In this document: in pieces, positions 23,768 through 50,000 of the stretch | How the letters are laid out: each line of letters opens with the position of its first letter | Position numbering within the stretch: position 1 is the first letter of the stretch | Assembly: GCA_012295275.1 (NCBI GenBank) | Contig: CM022673.1 | Location: forward strand, 2,418,001 to 2,482,000 | Source: Chrysomallon squamiferum | Taxonomy: Eukaryota > Animalia > Mollusca | Reading direction: 5' to 3' | Length of the DNA stretch: 64,000 nucleotides | The notes under the pieces: model-generated | What the model saw: the letters and a program-made list of their open reading frames with translations, nothing else | Told to the model about the DNA's origin: nothing | Database searches by the model: none | Position numbers and translations under genes: made by a program

Positions 23768-23924
23768 TTGACATTTACAAAGTTAGGGTTAGTATCTCAG
23801 CATTTTTGGCATTCTCATTTTTATGTCTCATTTTATATCTTTTCATTTTTTATTTTTTTTTATTATACAGTCAGGTGATTGTATAAAAATCTTTTTCTTC
23901 CTTTTTTTTTTCTTATTTTTCTCT

Positions 23925-24325
23925 GCAAATAAATGTATTAAATCGATACATCTTCTTCTAAATGGAATCCATTTAATGTTAAATCAAATGTGATTTAAAA
24001 TAAACATTTATAATAATCTATAAATTTCTCTTGTTATTGTAGAACAATAAAGCTTTTTTATTTCACTTTGCAATTAAATTTTATTAAACAATACACTTTG
24101 TAAATGGAATATATTTAGTGTTATAACAAATGTGCCATAAAATAAGCATTTATAATAATAATAAAATGCGTATGTAAGTATATATATATATATTCTCTGG
24201 ATAACAATCAGTTATTTTTTATTTCACTTTGCAATCAAATTTTATTAAATCAGTAAACCTTCTTCTGAATGGTACCAGTTTAATATTAAAACAAATGTAT
24301 CGTAAAATAAACTGAAGTAATAATA
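23925..24325 (+). repeat. Three diverged ~145-160 bp tandem units downstream of the YIPF3 stop
   Basis: Units start near 23925, 24069 and 24230. Each follows tgcaa..aaat..tattaaa...aatgg....ttta.t.tta.a.caaatgt....taaaataa.c. Confidence 0.75.
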
Positions 24326-24565
24326 ATTATAATTATAATGTACTAATGTTAAAATGGGACTAAGAACTGAGACTTTTTGATAATTTTTTTTTTTGTAACA
24401 TTAAAAGAAATATAGTTTTTAAAAGAGAGGCTTGTAGGTTTATTTATTCAGTGCTGAGTCCACTCCTGTCATATTCTGATTAATAATGAAACATTTCAGC
24501 TTGCTATTCCTTTGCCAGCCAAATTTTAACATTATTTGGAATGGGCCGGTTTAGAAAATAACATT

Positions 24566-24843
24566 AACTCATTCTTTGGTTGATTGTTAATTTCACTGGT
24601 CCTCTAACTCACTGTCAATTCAGAATCATCCTTGAGTTCATTGTTAATTAAAGCTGGTCTTCTAGCTTATTGTTAATTAGTCCTCTAGATCATTTCTAAT
24701 TCAGTTTGGTCCCATAACTCATTGTTAATTCAGATTTGTCCCATTGGGTGTGTTTTTTTAATAATTCAAAATGGTCCTCTAGCTCACTGTTAATTTATAT
24801 TGGTCCTGTGAGTCATTGTTATTTCAAACTGGTTCTGACCTCA
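24566..24843 (+). repeat. Degenerate ~30 bp minisatellite (about 9 copies)
   Basis: Recurrent unit close to ctcattgttaattcagattggtcctctag. Confidence 0.75.
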
Positions 24844-26817
24844 TCACTCATGATACTCTACTCGCTTTGTGGTTTTTGTTTAATTTTTTAATATTCCATG
24901 TATTGCATATATCAAAACAGCATGCAAAATGTAATGATAGCTACTAGTAAAAAAAAAGTTAATTCTTTAGTTAAAAAAATATAAACCAAAAACAAAAAAA
25001 CAACAACAAACAAACAAACAAAAGTTAGAAAGAAAGAAATAATAAATGAAATTAAAACAAAATAGTTAAGTATGTATATATATATATATATATATTTTTT
25101 TTTTATTAATCGGTGATGGTACAGCATGCAGCTGGTATTTAGAAATAGTGGTGTTGGTGTAAATCTAACCTTTCCACAGTTTTAATTCGCAAGTCTTTAT
25201 TAGTAACCTGTATTGATTATAACAGGAAAATAACAATAAGAATAAGCAAATCCATCTGTTAACCAGTTGTTTTGTGACAGTCACCTTGTAATACTAACAT
25301 GATTATAACACATTTCGTTGTCATGGATGCATGAATATCATTTTAAAAAAACAACTCTTGACAACTGCTTGTTTTTGCTGATATTATGTGCTTACCACAA
25401 TGTGCAGTTTAACACTGCCCTTTCAATTCCATAAGCCCATAGCAGTTAATGTGGCAAATGAATTGTGTGCATGTTTAAAGATAATAAATTCCATCTCTTA
25501 TGGATATCTGATGTTTTAATGCTTAGCTTGTTAATAAAACAATGTATAAAATGAAGTTTACTGTTTGCAACTGAATAAACAAAAACAACAACCTGTAATA
25601 TTATGTAATATAGTATATTTATGCATCACTTGTGTTACTGCAATGAAGCAAAATTGCAGATTTACACATCATGTGATAGAAAAATAAGGCAATGATTTAT
25701 CAGGAAAACAAGCAGTTAACATAGCTTTTGTCTATATACTCATTGTTTTATTTTGTTGTATGACATTTAAATATAATTTTTTAATATTTATTACTATTAA
25801 TTATTATTTTTATTTTTATTTTATTTTTTTTTAATTATTATTATTATTATTATTTTTTTTTTTTTTTTAAAAAAAAAATAAAAAACAATGCTTCTACTCA
25901 TTATGCATTTCTGATAACTTGTTTTAAAACTTGTGGATATTTTGTTACATTCAGGATATTAAAGATTAAAATTTTAATATCATTTCTATTATTTCATGTT
26001 TCTAAGGTATATTTTTATTCATACTTACACATGTATATGGTTATTAATATAAAAATTAAAATTAAATATGTATTAATATTAAGCTCTATAAAAAAAAAAA
26101 TAATCAATATTTTTATATTATTTTAGAACTTTAACTTATTTATTTATTTATTTATTTATTTTAATTTAATTGGTTTATTTATTTATCTATTTTTCTTATA
26201 TATATTTATTGTTGTTGTTTTCAAAATGGTTTATTATATTACGTTGTCTCTTCAGTTTAATATTTTTTTATAAAAAATAAATGATTTAATATTAATTTAT
26301 CTTTTATTTTCATTTTTTACAGCTTTCCTATAATCATTCAGATTCAGATGTCTGTGACACTATGCAATATGGGACATTCATTTAATTTTATAACTGCAAA
26401 CATTTAATTTGATATATTCAGGCTTGAGGTTAAAAATGAAATAAAAATCACTGTTATTTTTTCTTTCTGAAAAACAGTAGAGAAGTTACCACATTTTCAT
26501 AGTGTAAACCATAAACTATATATTACACCATCAGTGTTGTAAAAGAAATATTTTTTTACCAAAGGAATTATCATATTTTGATATTATCATAATGTAATAA
26601 GAAGTGAACTCTTTGAGTGATGTCACTGGCATAAACATTGTAACTATTGTATAACAAATATTTTTTAAAATTATTCCACCATTTAAAAGTTCTTCATTTT
26701 TTTTTTAATTTAATTTAATTTAATTTTTTATTTGTGTATGATATTTTTTTCCATGATTCACATATGATGTTTTCTGTGTTTTTCAGCATCATTTTTTTAT
26801 TTTTTATTTATTTAGTT

Positions 26818-26854
<37 letters not shown>

Positions 26855-28157
26855 GGGGGCCAATTTTGAAAAAAACAATGATAATTTACAAAATCATGGT
26901 AAATCTGAATAAACAATAATGCCAGAGGTTAAGATATGAAAAGAAGTCAAGACAGTCTTTTTCAAAATATGAAATGTCAGAGGAACTCCATAAACTAACA
27001 TTAAAATTATAACATCCATGACGTGTTAAATTCAATAAGCCCCTCTGGAATACTGTTGTAGATTTGGTCTTTTTCCTTTTCTATTACAACAGGGAAATAA
27101 TATCTTGTTTGCTTTTACTTCTGATAAAGTGATGTAATTGAAACCTTGTAATTTCAACCTTTGAGACATGAAATGTTTCAGATAACTGAAATACAAAACC
27201 AAGAACTAAGTATTTTAAATTTTTCATAATTTTTTTTTTTTTTACAATATTGTGTTTAAAAAATCTGAATAATTTGTAAACCTTTTCTAAATATATACAA
27301 AAATATATATATATATATATGTATATTTTTTTGTTTTTAAAAATTTTAAATTTTTTAGCTGCCAAACATTGCCCTATTACTTCTCAGCCATCTTGTATAT
27401 TAATAATATTTGATGGAAATCATTCCAGTTTCAACAATTAAATTTGTTTCTCAAAATAAAAAATTGATATTTATGACAGTAATAATTTAAAAAAATAATA
27501 ATAATAAAAATTAAATAAATAAATAAATAATAAAAACTTTATCTTCTGCCCATGAATACTTAATATAAAAATAAAAACTGGAGATGTCTGTGTTGTGAAT
27601 TTTTTAATGTTACAAAGATAATGAATTATATTTTATTATCAATTTGACGCCTGTGATGAACAAACTTATTCTTGGGACAAACTCTGCTTCACATTTTAAT
27701 GTTTATTATTCATTGTAATTTGTTAATAAATACAGAAATACCTCACACACACACACACACACACACACCATATGTATATATATTTGTATATATTGTACAT
27801 ATTAATGCACTTGTAATTATGTATATATAGAGAGAGAGGGAGGGGAAATCAGCAATGTTTTTTTTTTTTTGATTCTCTAAATATTTGGGCTTAACATCAG
27901 TTAGTTTTGTTTGTAGTTACAATGTAAATAGTGGTTTAATTATTACGTTGGTTTAAAGAAATCCTGTGGGTTTATTCTGATGAATGTCAGAACACGTTTA
28001 TCATGGTATTTCAGTGTAAATAAAAGATTACATCACGTGAATTACTTGTTAATTTTTGTTTATTAAATTTTTAGGCTTTGTGAAATGGATTGAATATGGA
28101 TTATAAAATGATAATAGCAAAATGTGTTCTCAGGTTATGCATTAAAACGGTAACCAG

Positions 28158-28237
28158 AATAATAATAATAATAATCATTCTTGTTATTGTTGTTGTTGTT
28201 ATTATTATTATTATTATTATTAGTAATATTATTATTA

Positions 28238-28308
<71 letters not shown>
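28158..28308. repeat. (ATA)n/(GTT)n/(ATT)n microsatellite
   Basis: Direct reading. It explains the poly-Ile ORF at 28090-28311. Confidence 0.95.
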
Positions 28309-30369
28309 TAAAAAAAAATTAAAACTTCCAGTAAACTGATTGTTTATGGTTAAATACTAAAATAATGTTGTCAGATTAATATATGTAGGTTTTAGCTATT
28401 TTCTTATATCCGGTGACATTAACTGAATCAGGTTATGGCTCAAATTAATTGTAATTTATGTCTCATGGCTTGAAGAAAATTACCGATATTTTAATATATA
28501 TATATATATCAGCATAACAAACCATAAATTCTATTAACAAATAACTACGAAATAATAAACACAAATGTAACAAAACATTTTAAAGATTAAAGGAACACTT
28601 CCAAATTTTGTGAATCATGTTTATTTCCATAACCAGTCCAATATAAGGTACTGCTCCAAAAATATATTTCCGAAACATGACAGCAGTATTATAATGGTAT
28701 CTATAAAATAATTATGAAAACCAATGTGAAACTAGATTTTCATAAATAAATAATAATTCACTGAGAAAGGCAACGCGATATATATATATATATAGTCCAT
28801 GCCTGCTGCGTTACTGTTGTAGAAGCAACATATTGATTTAATATTGAATTAATAATCATACGAACAACAACAAATATCTATGTCTGTTTGTGTATATTTC
28901 GAGGTATGTCAATCTCTCGATACATTCAATGTGGCATTAGTTGATTTTAAAAATGTATTTATTAATAAATTTATTACCGTTCGTGTTATTTTTATTAAAA
29001 AATAATAATAAATAAATAAAAATATCTGATTTTTGATTGGTTTGGAGGTCAAGCAGATAAAATGATTTACATTTGACAATTTCGAGATAAATGGTTAACA
29101 AGAGTTGTAGTATAGAAAACAAATATTTGATGTTATAATTCAAAGCAAAATACAGCTCATTAGTTGTGACAGAGACAACTGATGTAAGCCTACTGTGACT
29201 CAACGGCTACAATTCCTTGTAAATAATAAAGATTTTTATTTTTATTATTATTGTTATTATCATCACCATTATTATTATTATTATTATTATTTACTTTTTT
29301 CTTTGATTTGTAAAAACAATGATAATCATTTTATAGGTTAATATGCTTTAATAATATAATTATTGTAAATGGCGTCTAGTTGCATATAAAATGTACGGCG
29401 ATTTCGCTCATGAAAAGATAAAAAATACAGCAGTTTCACCCATTGCGAGACCTACAAGCAGCGTTAATTCTAATCAACGAAATAAAGATAATGAGGATGA
29501 ATAATTCATGAAAACACAGACAAACATATGTATATAAATATACAGGCTACATACATATAAATATACATTTGAACGTACGTACACAATCACACATATTCAT
29601 ATACCTTCATGTATACGCAGTCGGCAAAATAAAATATAATTCTGACAAAGAAACGATCTTTGAAAATCTACTTCAGAAACTTAATAAACTGATGTGGTAT
29701 TTTAAAGAAGACCAGATTAATTTTCACTAAAACGAAAATAATAAATTAAAAAAACATTTCTTTTAAATGCCGTCATGCTGATATTTAATTATATTAATTC
29801 TTCTGATGAAATAAATGTTAGTTGTATTAGTGATATATGTATTTAATGCATACCTCTACAAAAGGGACCAAATAATGTTATTCAAAATAATAAATGAAAC
29901 TTAGATTAGGAATAGTGAATTTACACAATAGTGCCGAAAGTCGAAAATATCAGTTTGTTTTCACTGACGTCAAAGACGAATGTGAGCTATCCCTAGATGC
30001 AACGCGACTCGGCCATTTTACGTGTATATTTCTACAAAGTCAAAACCTTTCCCAACATTGGTAAAAATCTAGCAGTAAAGGAACTACATAAATAAAGTTG
30101 GCTTATGGTTATCTTTAAAATAAATACCGGGATACAAACCATCCAGCAGTCAGTCTTTGACTTAAATGCAAACAATACGAGCCATTATAAAATAAATTAA
30201 ATTCAGAAATATCATATATTATATACAAATCGTATTTTAAAAAGAACGGTCGCAAGCTCCTGATATTTAACATATCCACCAGTCTGTGTATCTGGATATA
30301 TATCTGTCTTTCTATCTATCTCTTTATCTATATAGATTTTTAATTATTATTTTATTTTATTTTATTTTT

Positions 30370-30386
30370 ATAATAATAATAATAAC

Positions 30387-30434
<48 letters not shown>

Positions 30435-30444
30435 AATAAATAGC

Positions 30445-30498
<54 letters not shown>
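30370..30498. repeat. (AAT)n microsatellite
   Basis: Direct reading. Confidence 0.95.
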
Positions 30499-30590
30499 TA
30501 AAAGTGCCATAATGAAGTACAAAAACCGACAGGAATAATCCTGTTTTACACTGTCAGTCCTTACTGGAGGCTGATTTGGTTTATTTTCTG

Positions 30591-41604
<11,014 letters not shown>

Positions 41605-42610
41605 ATTCGATGTTTCAGTCAAATCAGTTTTTCTTTAATCTGCTTTTTCAGTTTATATTTCTAAACATCTATCTAAATAATTCAGATATCTTCACGAAAT
41701 ATAAATAAATGTCTATCCAGGAATCATAGCTGCTGAGTAGTTTTTTTTTTTTGTTTGTATGTGTGTTTCGCTCTTTTGGTTTATATTGGCGCAGAACTAC
41801 TGCGCATAAAAATAAAACAAAAATCGATTGGTTGAAAACAGAGTATTTATTTCATACAGAAAGCCAAGGGTTTTCTTAATCGTGAAAAATATGAGTATTT
41901 ATTATTCTTTAATACTGGATGGGTGATCTGAAAGTGACGCGCATTCCCTATCTTAGAGATATTTCGAAGCCCCTTTTCTGAAGCTCTTAATTCCACTTAA
42001 TCCATTCGTCCAGTATTTGTTTATATGTATTCTTCTTCTTCTTTATGTTCTTCTTTTTCATATTACTTAGTAGGCGTACTGGATGTTTTCATTTTTCTTA
42101 ATTATTAGTGCATGTTATACATGGTTTTCTTTCTTTCATTTCCGTAAATTGTTTGAAGACAAAATTTGATATCTGATCGATATCAGTAACAGTTTTGTCT
42201 TATTCAAAGACTTTCTATAAAATATTTTGTGATCAAACAATCCGCTTTCTATCAGTACACGTCTGCAGCTTACAAAGACATTGAAATAATGCGACAGAAA
42301 GCAAGAATCAGAGGTGAAAAGATCCCTTTGTTATGATCTACAAACATAAACTGCAGTGTTATTTTATAATTGAATCTGTAAGCGATTTAGATACAAACCT
42401 TTCGCGAGATGGAGAAAATGACGTTCAAAATGAGATGACGTTTAAATAATAACAATAATAATAAAATAAAAATGATAATAAAAATAAAAATACATAAATA
42501 AAATAAAATATATAAAAATAAAAATACTGTTGGGTCAGAATCTGGACATAAGGCCCACTGATGTCGTACTTAAATAACAAAATGATGTTTAAAGAAAGCA
42601 GAAATACTGC

Positions 42611-42613
<3 letters not shown>

Positions 42614-42680
<67 letters not shown>
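42614..42680. repeat. (CT)n microsatellite in the divergent promoter region
   Basis: Direct reading. Confidence 0.95.
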
Positions 42681-42684
<4 letters not shown>

Positions 42685-43131
42685 AATCCTATTAAATAAC
42701 TAGTATTATAATTATTAGATAAAATACAATATCCACGAACAGTACGTGACAAGTGCAGATTAAATGTTATTTATTATATCGATGTGAACAAAAGATACAA
42801 TTAATCAATAAAGCAAACACGCCAAATTTTATAGACTAAACAATTACAGAAACAGTCACGCGAAGTTCTGGTTACGATGAATCAATTCCGTATTATTCCC
42901 TTTGAAATTAAAATAATAATACAAAAACAACTGTAATACATTATGAATCTACCTAATATATTTAAAAATTCAGTTGTATAAATACATTTTTTAAAATTGA
43001 AATAACTAATGAATAACCATAGAACGAGTACTACTGGCATCACTCTGGGGACAGAAGTACGAAGAAATTTATATCCTATGTTGTTAGAGTAATTTCCCTT
43101 AAATTGATCTTTTTATCCCCAAATGGGGGAA

Positions 43132-43946
43132 ATGTACAGAAACTTGTTGTTTATATTCACGACAACATTTATTTTGTGTGTCAACTCTGGTTTCTTAGGT
43201 ATTTGTAAACATTTGTCTAAGCTAAATGTGTAATTCATAAATTTACAGCTACAGATATTCTAAAATATATATTTATTCATACATCTGTAACGTCATTATT
43301 TGTTTTCGTTAATATCTTAATTTCGTACGTTATATTTACCTCTGGACATTTTACATTTTCTTACTGAAACTAGTGAAGGGTCTTAAACGATAATTTTATT
43401 TCACTTTTTTATTTCTGAATTATTTATTTATTAAATTATTATTTTTTTTAAATTTAATTATGTTTTTTGTTGTTGTTTAAATCAGTGTAATCACCTGTTA
43501 AATTAAATTTGCATTAAAGATAAAATACTGCGAGTTTAATTTAATTTTTTGAATTTTGAATTTTTAAATTTTTTTAAATAGATTATTTTACATTTTCATT
43601 TATATTATATTTTGGTATGTTCATGATCTGTATTATTAAAAAAGAAAAAGAAAATGAAAGTAGGAAAAGAAAAAAGAAACCAGTTATAAAATATATGAAG
43701 TCATAAGTGGTTTAAAAAGTATTTGATAATACATTAGTTCTAAAGACAAATTTTCAAATTTGTACTTTTGAGTCTGCTGTGCAGTAAATTAATGAAAATG
43801 CTGTAGTTAAATGAAAATTGTGATAATATAAATCAGTTTGGCCAAATTTAAAAGACTAATTTTTTAAATTATTTTTTTTTTTTATTATTATAAATTTTCT
43901 AAATTTATGTACTATAATTTTTAAAATTTAATTTAATTAATTAATT

Positions 43947-44033
<87 letters not shown>

Positions 44034-47000
44034 TTTTTTTTTTTTTTTTTTTTTTTTTGTTGGGAAAAACACATTTATTTAAGGAAACTAAAAATACAAT
44101 TTATTTTATATATAGGCCAGTATAGAGGTTGTAAGCTAGGTCCTTTGTTTTCAATTTCTGATTATTCATCACTAAGCCATTAAATTTCTTTTCCTTATTT
44201 TATTTGATCATTAAACTCTAATTTAAAAAATAAAAATCAAGTGTTGTTGTTTTTTTACATTTGTTTTTGTTGATAAAAATATTTAAACTGTATGTGTGTA
44301 CTTTTAATTTTTTTTTTTTTAATTGTGTATAATTCTTTTTAACAGATCAAACTACTTTAACTTCTTCTCAAGCCATATTGTATTCCTTGCCTCAACACAA
44401 CATCACAAAGTTTACTTTGACAAACTTGACACAGAATGTAACATTTGTCATATTCCAAGTTCATTCTCAGTACCACAATCTCAGTGTATCGACATCAGCA
44501 CAGTTCCTTCCTAATGCAACAGTTTCTGGCCGCCATGTTGGAACTGTCACTCTGCTTAAAGTCGGTGACTTTCAGACGTCTTGGTATGTGCTTTCCAATG
44601 TGAACAAAACAGTTGATGTGGTTGTTATGGCAACAGTTTACACAGAATATGGTGAGTGATGTTTTTAGAGAAACAAATTGTTTAAAAAGAAATCATATCA
44701 AATTAAGTACTGATATTATGCTTTTTAAAACTTCAATATTGTTATTGTTATTTTTATTAAATACTGAAATGATTTCATTTTCATGCACCTTCTTTTCTGA
44801 AATCCTTCACTGTAAAAAAAAAAAAAAGAAGTGGTACAAATGATTATAATTATATTATGTTTATTGATCATTTGATGAGTCATTTTTTATTTTTTAACAT
44901 TTTTTTTTTAATATATATATATGTTTTACTGTATGTGAGTGCATATATGTTATGAGTGAAATATAAGTGAGTAAAAATGTTATAGAAGATCATAAACATA
45001 TGTAGATGTGTCTGTATCATCAATGTGTACATAATGTATAAATATGACTTTTTTTTTTTTTTTCATTTACACATTCTTATAAACATATTTTCATTAATGA
45101 CATTTCAGATCCTGTACCTGGTGGATGTAACCAGGTTTACACTTTACCTAATGATCCTAACCTGCATGTGACCTTCACTCAGTACTGGACTGACCTGAAA
45201 TTTCCACTAGCAAGTGAAGGTGCTCCTCGGGGCCAAGAACCAAAGGACTGTGATGAAACTTATCTAGATTATGAAGTTTACGTGACCTACATGAAAGAAT
45301 TTGATTTGGGCAAAGACACGTTTTTAAATTCCATGAAAGCTACCTTGACTGTTGATGAAATTATGGCAAGAGGGAAAAAAGTGAGTGGTATACATTGTTA
45401 AAAATAGAAGAGGCGATGTGTTTATGGATGTTTTAAAAATGATGAATTCTTTTTGTTTCAACATGCAGAGATTTTTTTATATGATGAACAATTGAGATTA
45501 AAATCTATATTATTGATAGGATGGTTGTTTCGAGTTTTTTTAAATTATGAAAATTATTTTCATATTGATGTGTTGTTATTATTATTATTATAATTATTTT
45601 ATTCATTTTCATTTTCTTTTTTACATTTAAAATTCATTCAAGCAGTGGGAGTTCTATGACTTGAATGCTTGCATGATGTATGAAAGGTCACAGGATCAGT
45701 TCATTTTCATTGCCACCTCTCAGTCCCTACATCTTGTTTAATCCTTGTTGCTGATTTAACAATAACTGCTCACAGATTTACTGTCTCCTGTCTGTATGAT
45801 ACCAAGTACACATCAGGCATGCATTCTGTGTCAAACTCCATTCCACAGGGTCTCTCTGAAATTTGTATTCACTGTTTATTAACAAGTACTTCCTCCTTTT
45901 AAAAGAGCTGGATAAAATGTTATCTTTTTAAATACTTTATTTGTTGGGTTAACAAAGTATCTTGACTAAATGCTGCTCTGTGTTTTGTTTCCAGATTATT
46001 TCTTTTAATAGTAAAGATCACCGAAAGTCTCAAGTCAGAATGAGTTCAGAGCCAGGCCAAGGAGCCATTTATGCTGTTTTGGTCAAACAGAAAAGAACTG
46101 CACCATATGTTTCCATAGCAACCTATGCCTGTGATATAAATGAATGCCCAAATGGTGAATTACAAATAGTTATTTCTTTTACTTTCAGTCAGTTTTTATT
46201 TTTATTTTTTTCAAAATTTGTATTATTTCCAAATGCATTTACCCATAATTAACATTCATTATCATACCCATATATAAACATTCATTATCAATCATACAGA
46301 AGCATGTGCAACTCACTGTGAATATATTTGTATGCACAACTTGCACAAACACTCTTACAAATAACTATTTCAAAGAGCCTATTATGGAGCATTAATATGT
46401 ATGTATGTGTGTATATTTATTTTTTTTCTTTAAAGTTTAATGAAAAATAAAGAGCTAAGAAGAATATAATTTTATATAATACAAAAAATGTTCAGGTCCC
46501 AGATTTGGCCTAGTTGCTGTACTCATCTGTTTCTGTGGAGCTGCTGGTCTTCTTCTGTGTTTTGTAGGACATCGTTTCTTCAAAACAGGTAATCCTCACA
46601 ACATTTTCTGGGGGAAAACCTAATGTTCTTAACTTCATGATAGAAACAGATAAAATAAATAGCCTGAAAGTTTTTCTTGTTAATCCATATTTATGTAGCC
46701 TAAATGTATTTCTTGTTAATGTATTTTTTTTATAGCTAAATGTATTTCCTGTCCATCCATGTTTGTACAGTGTAAATATATTTCTTGTTTGTCTATAGGT
46801 ATTCATCCAGCCTAAATGTTGTTATTTAATTCAACTATATTCTTACATTTATGTATTACAGCAAAGAGACAATACATTTAGTGCAGGGCTGTTGTTAAAA
46901 ATTTGTTCATTTCTAGTGATGGTGTTATTTGTATCAAACATTATTTTCTGTGATAAAACTAATGTAATAGTAATAATTCTGAGAATCTGTGGACTGCAGG

Positions 47001-50000
47001 TTACCTATCTAAACCAGATGTTAAGATTTGATGAGATTGTTATTAATAACACATTTCTTCCTCTTATCGTTTTATCAATTCAGTTTTGAATTTCACAGCC
47101 GTATAATCAGTTACCTGCATTCCACTGCATTGAGGAACTGACCTTAAAGAGAAAAACATTAATTTCTAAATATAATTCTTGAATGATAAAGTGTTCTTGT
47201 GCAGCTAAAATCTGTTTGGGCATGGGATGGTCATAATTTGTTTTGTTTTTTAAATTGTTTTCTTCTTTTCAGAACTTTTCATCTTGGGTTTTGTTGCCTT
47301 CTTCATAATATTTTACATCATTATTTTGAAGTATTCAGACATGAATGAAAATGGTATGCATTTAATATTCATCTGTGTACAGACATACTTTGTTTTTGGC
47401 AAAGATTAAATAAGGTGAAATAAAACTGTCATTTAAAAGTGTATTAAAGTTATTTAGATGATTTGTATTGAGAAAACTTAATAAGGAGATTTTGAAACCA
47501 TATCAGAAAAGAAATAGTACATTATGAAATGATAGATAAAAGAACATAATTGCATCTTTCTGTTGATTAAGCTAGAAAGCTATATATACATGCATACATA
47601 TATACATACAGACACACACACACACACACCTTCATGAACCTCCTATAATGAGAATAATTAATACTGAATGTTTAACCAATGAAATAACATCATGAAATGG
47701 ATAGATTTTTTGTAATGGCTGTTATTTTTGTTTCTTTTCTTTTCTTTTCTTTTCTTTTCTTTTCCTAGGAATTCTGGCAGTCTGTATAGTGCTGGGAATT
47801 GTTGGGGGTCTGCTGTGCTTTTCGCTGTGGTTTTTTGTTGGTTTTCCAATCATTTCAGTGTTGATAGCAAGCCTTGTAGGAGGTTACATTTTCTCCTGTC
47901 TTCTTTTCTTCACTCCTTTTGGTAAGCTAGAATTAATGCAGTCAGTTAATCTTTTTAGAAAAAATCTGTTAATTATAAATGTTTAAACAATTAAAAAATG
48001 AATTACAGAATAAAAAAGTAGAAAGAAAAGAAAATGTTTAATAGTAGTCAACAAGATCAGTCTGTAGATTAGTGATACTGATTTTTCTTTTATCTCCTTG
48101 TATGATTACTGTATATTATTTGAGATGTAAAAATATGACTAAAATATTCTGAAAAGTTATTAAAGAAAAATTCATATGTCTTACATCCAAAAATTGTTAA
48201 TAAAATGTAAAAGATATGACAACTGAAGAAAAATTCTTTATTAACCAAAAATGTTTAATAAAAATAATGTTTTGCAGTGTTATTTATTTTTTCTTAGAAT
48301 ACTATATTTATTTGCTTAAAGAATATTAAAGGTTAAACAAAAATCATTATTCGCCCAAAAACTGTAATAAAATGTATTTAATATTATTGAAGAAAAATTT
48401 ATTAATTCATTCATTGATCAATAATTACAAAATGTCAAGTGAAACTACTTCTTTTTTTTGTTGTCACAAACAAAATAAATTAAAATATTACTTTTGCATA
48501 ATGAAAATACATTAATATTTTTAATTTTAAACTCAGGTAACCTTGAATACTGGCAAACCACATTTAATTTTGGGATAACATTTGCTTGTGGAGTTCTTAT
48601 ACTTCCTGCTGTGCTCATACTTTTTACAAAAACGGTTTGTACATTTTAATTTTTAAAACTTTTTTGAAGTTATTAGTTCCAGTAATTTCTAACCTTGATT
48701 TTATTTTTTATTATTTTTTTAAATATTTTTAAATTGTTTTTTTATAATTCCTGCATCCTACAGGAAATATATTGGCTCAATCAGTGTCATATTAAAAGCT
48801 GTGATATAAGCTTTCCTGTCTATGGGAATATAAAACTTCAACAATTCATTCATACATTTAGTTTTAGCTGGTGATCACACGTTTTTATGCCATACTATAG
48901 AAATATCTTCACTAAATTTAATATTATAACATGTCATTGTTTGTTTTTAGTTGGTGGCATCAAGGTTTTATGACATAATATTATTAGTTTTTACAACTAA
49001 TTTAATATTATAATTTGTCTTTAAACCTTTTATCACTTTGTCGTGTTAGTTGACGGCATCAGGTTTTTCAGTAACTAAATGTTTATAATGAGTTGTTAAA
49101 TCATCACCAACTGATTTATTTCTTCTCTTCGTTGCAGCTCAACATTCTTACCTGTACATTTGTTGGCTCCTTTGGAATAGTCTTGTTCTTGGATTATTTC
49201 GTGCAGAGCAGCTTGAAGTACATTGTACTCAACTCCATAGAACACAGCACTGTTCCAGGGTTCCTTACAGTTAGAGTGACATTTCCTTTTTATGTGAATG
49301 GTGAGTCATGATAGCTTTTATAAGAAAAAAATGTGCCATGTACTTTCCATTCTGTTAGATGATTCGTAAAATATCCTGTCCTGCTAAAAGAAGAGATATA
49401 TGAAGAACCAGATAATTAAGCTTCATCTGCTTTATTATCATATCCCATTCCAACCAGCAGTTCCCTCTCTTGTTTTTCAAACCCATGTTTTCTATGTATT
49501 TATTGGAACATGCAGATACATTTGTTGCATCATCATTATGTATGGTATGTTTGGTATTCAAAATTATTTAGCATCAAAAATAATCTCAGGTATGAGTAAA
49601 CATACATTTATAACAAAAAAGAAAATGATTTAATTTTAATATTCATAAATGAATTCTAAAAAGAATTGATTTTAACATTTTTTGAAATATTTTATTTTGT
49701 TTAACTGTTTTGTGTTGTTTTATTTTCAATTTAATTCAATTCTGAATATTTATCAGGTTTACTTAATGTATTTTTTTAAAAATGAAGAGAGAATTAACCT
49801 TGTCCTACTGATTTCTTTTCAGAAATTATTCTCTGCTGTATCTGGGGGATTCTTTTTGTGGTTGGATCCATTTTCCAGTTCCAGCAGAACAGACGCAAAG
49901 CTCCTTTCCCACCATGTCCATATCAAAAGCTTTTTAAGCGACCACATGTCGAGCAGATTTCACGAAGATCACCACGAAGAAACATTGACCACAGAAGTGA

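Noticed and set aside
24566-24843. Array considered as CRISPR-like
   Set aside because: The context is eukaryotic, the units are contiguous and degenerate without unique spacers, and there are no cas genes.
28090-28311. Low-complexity ORFs (poly-Ile here; also YVCM, ERER, IYLS and poly-Tyr ORFs elsewhere)
   Set aside because: They are translations of microsatellites.
29965-29972. Perfect CRE palindrome TGACGTCA (also at 61762-61769)
   Set aside because: An 8-mer can occur by chance in 64 kb, and neither copy is near an inferred transcription start.
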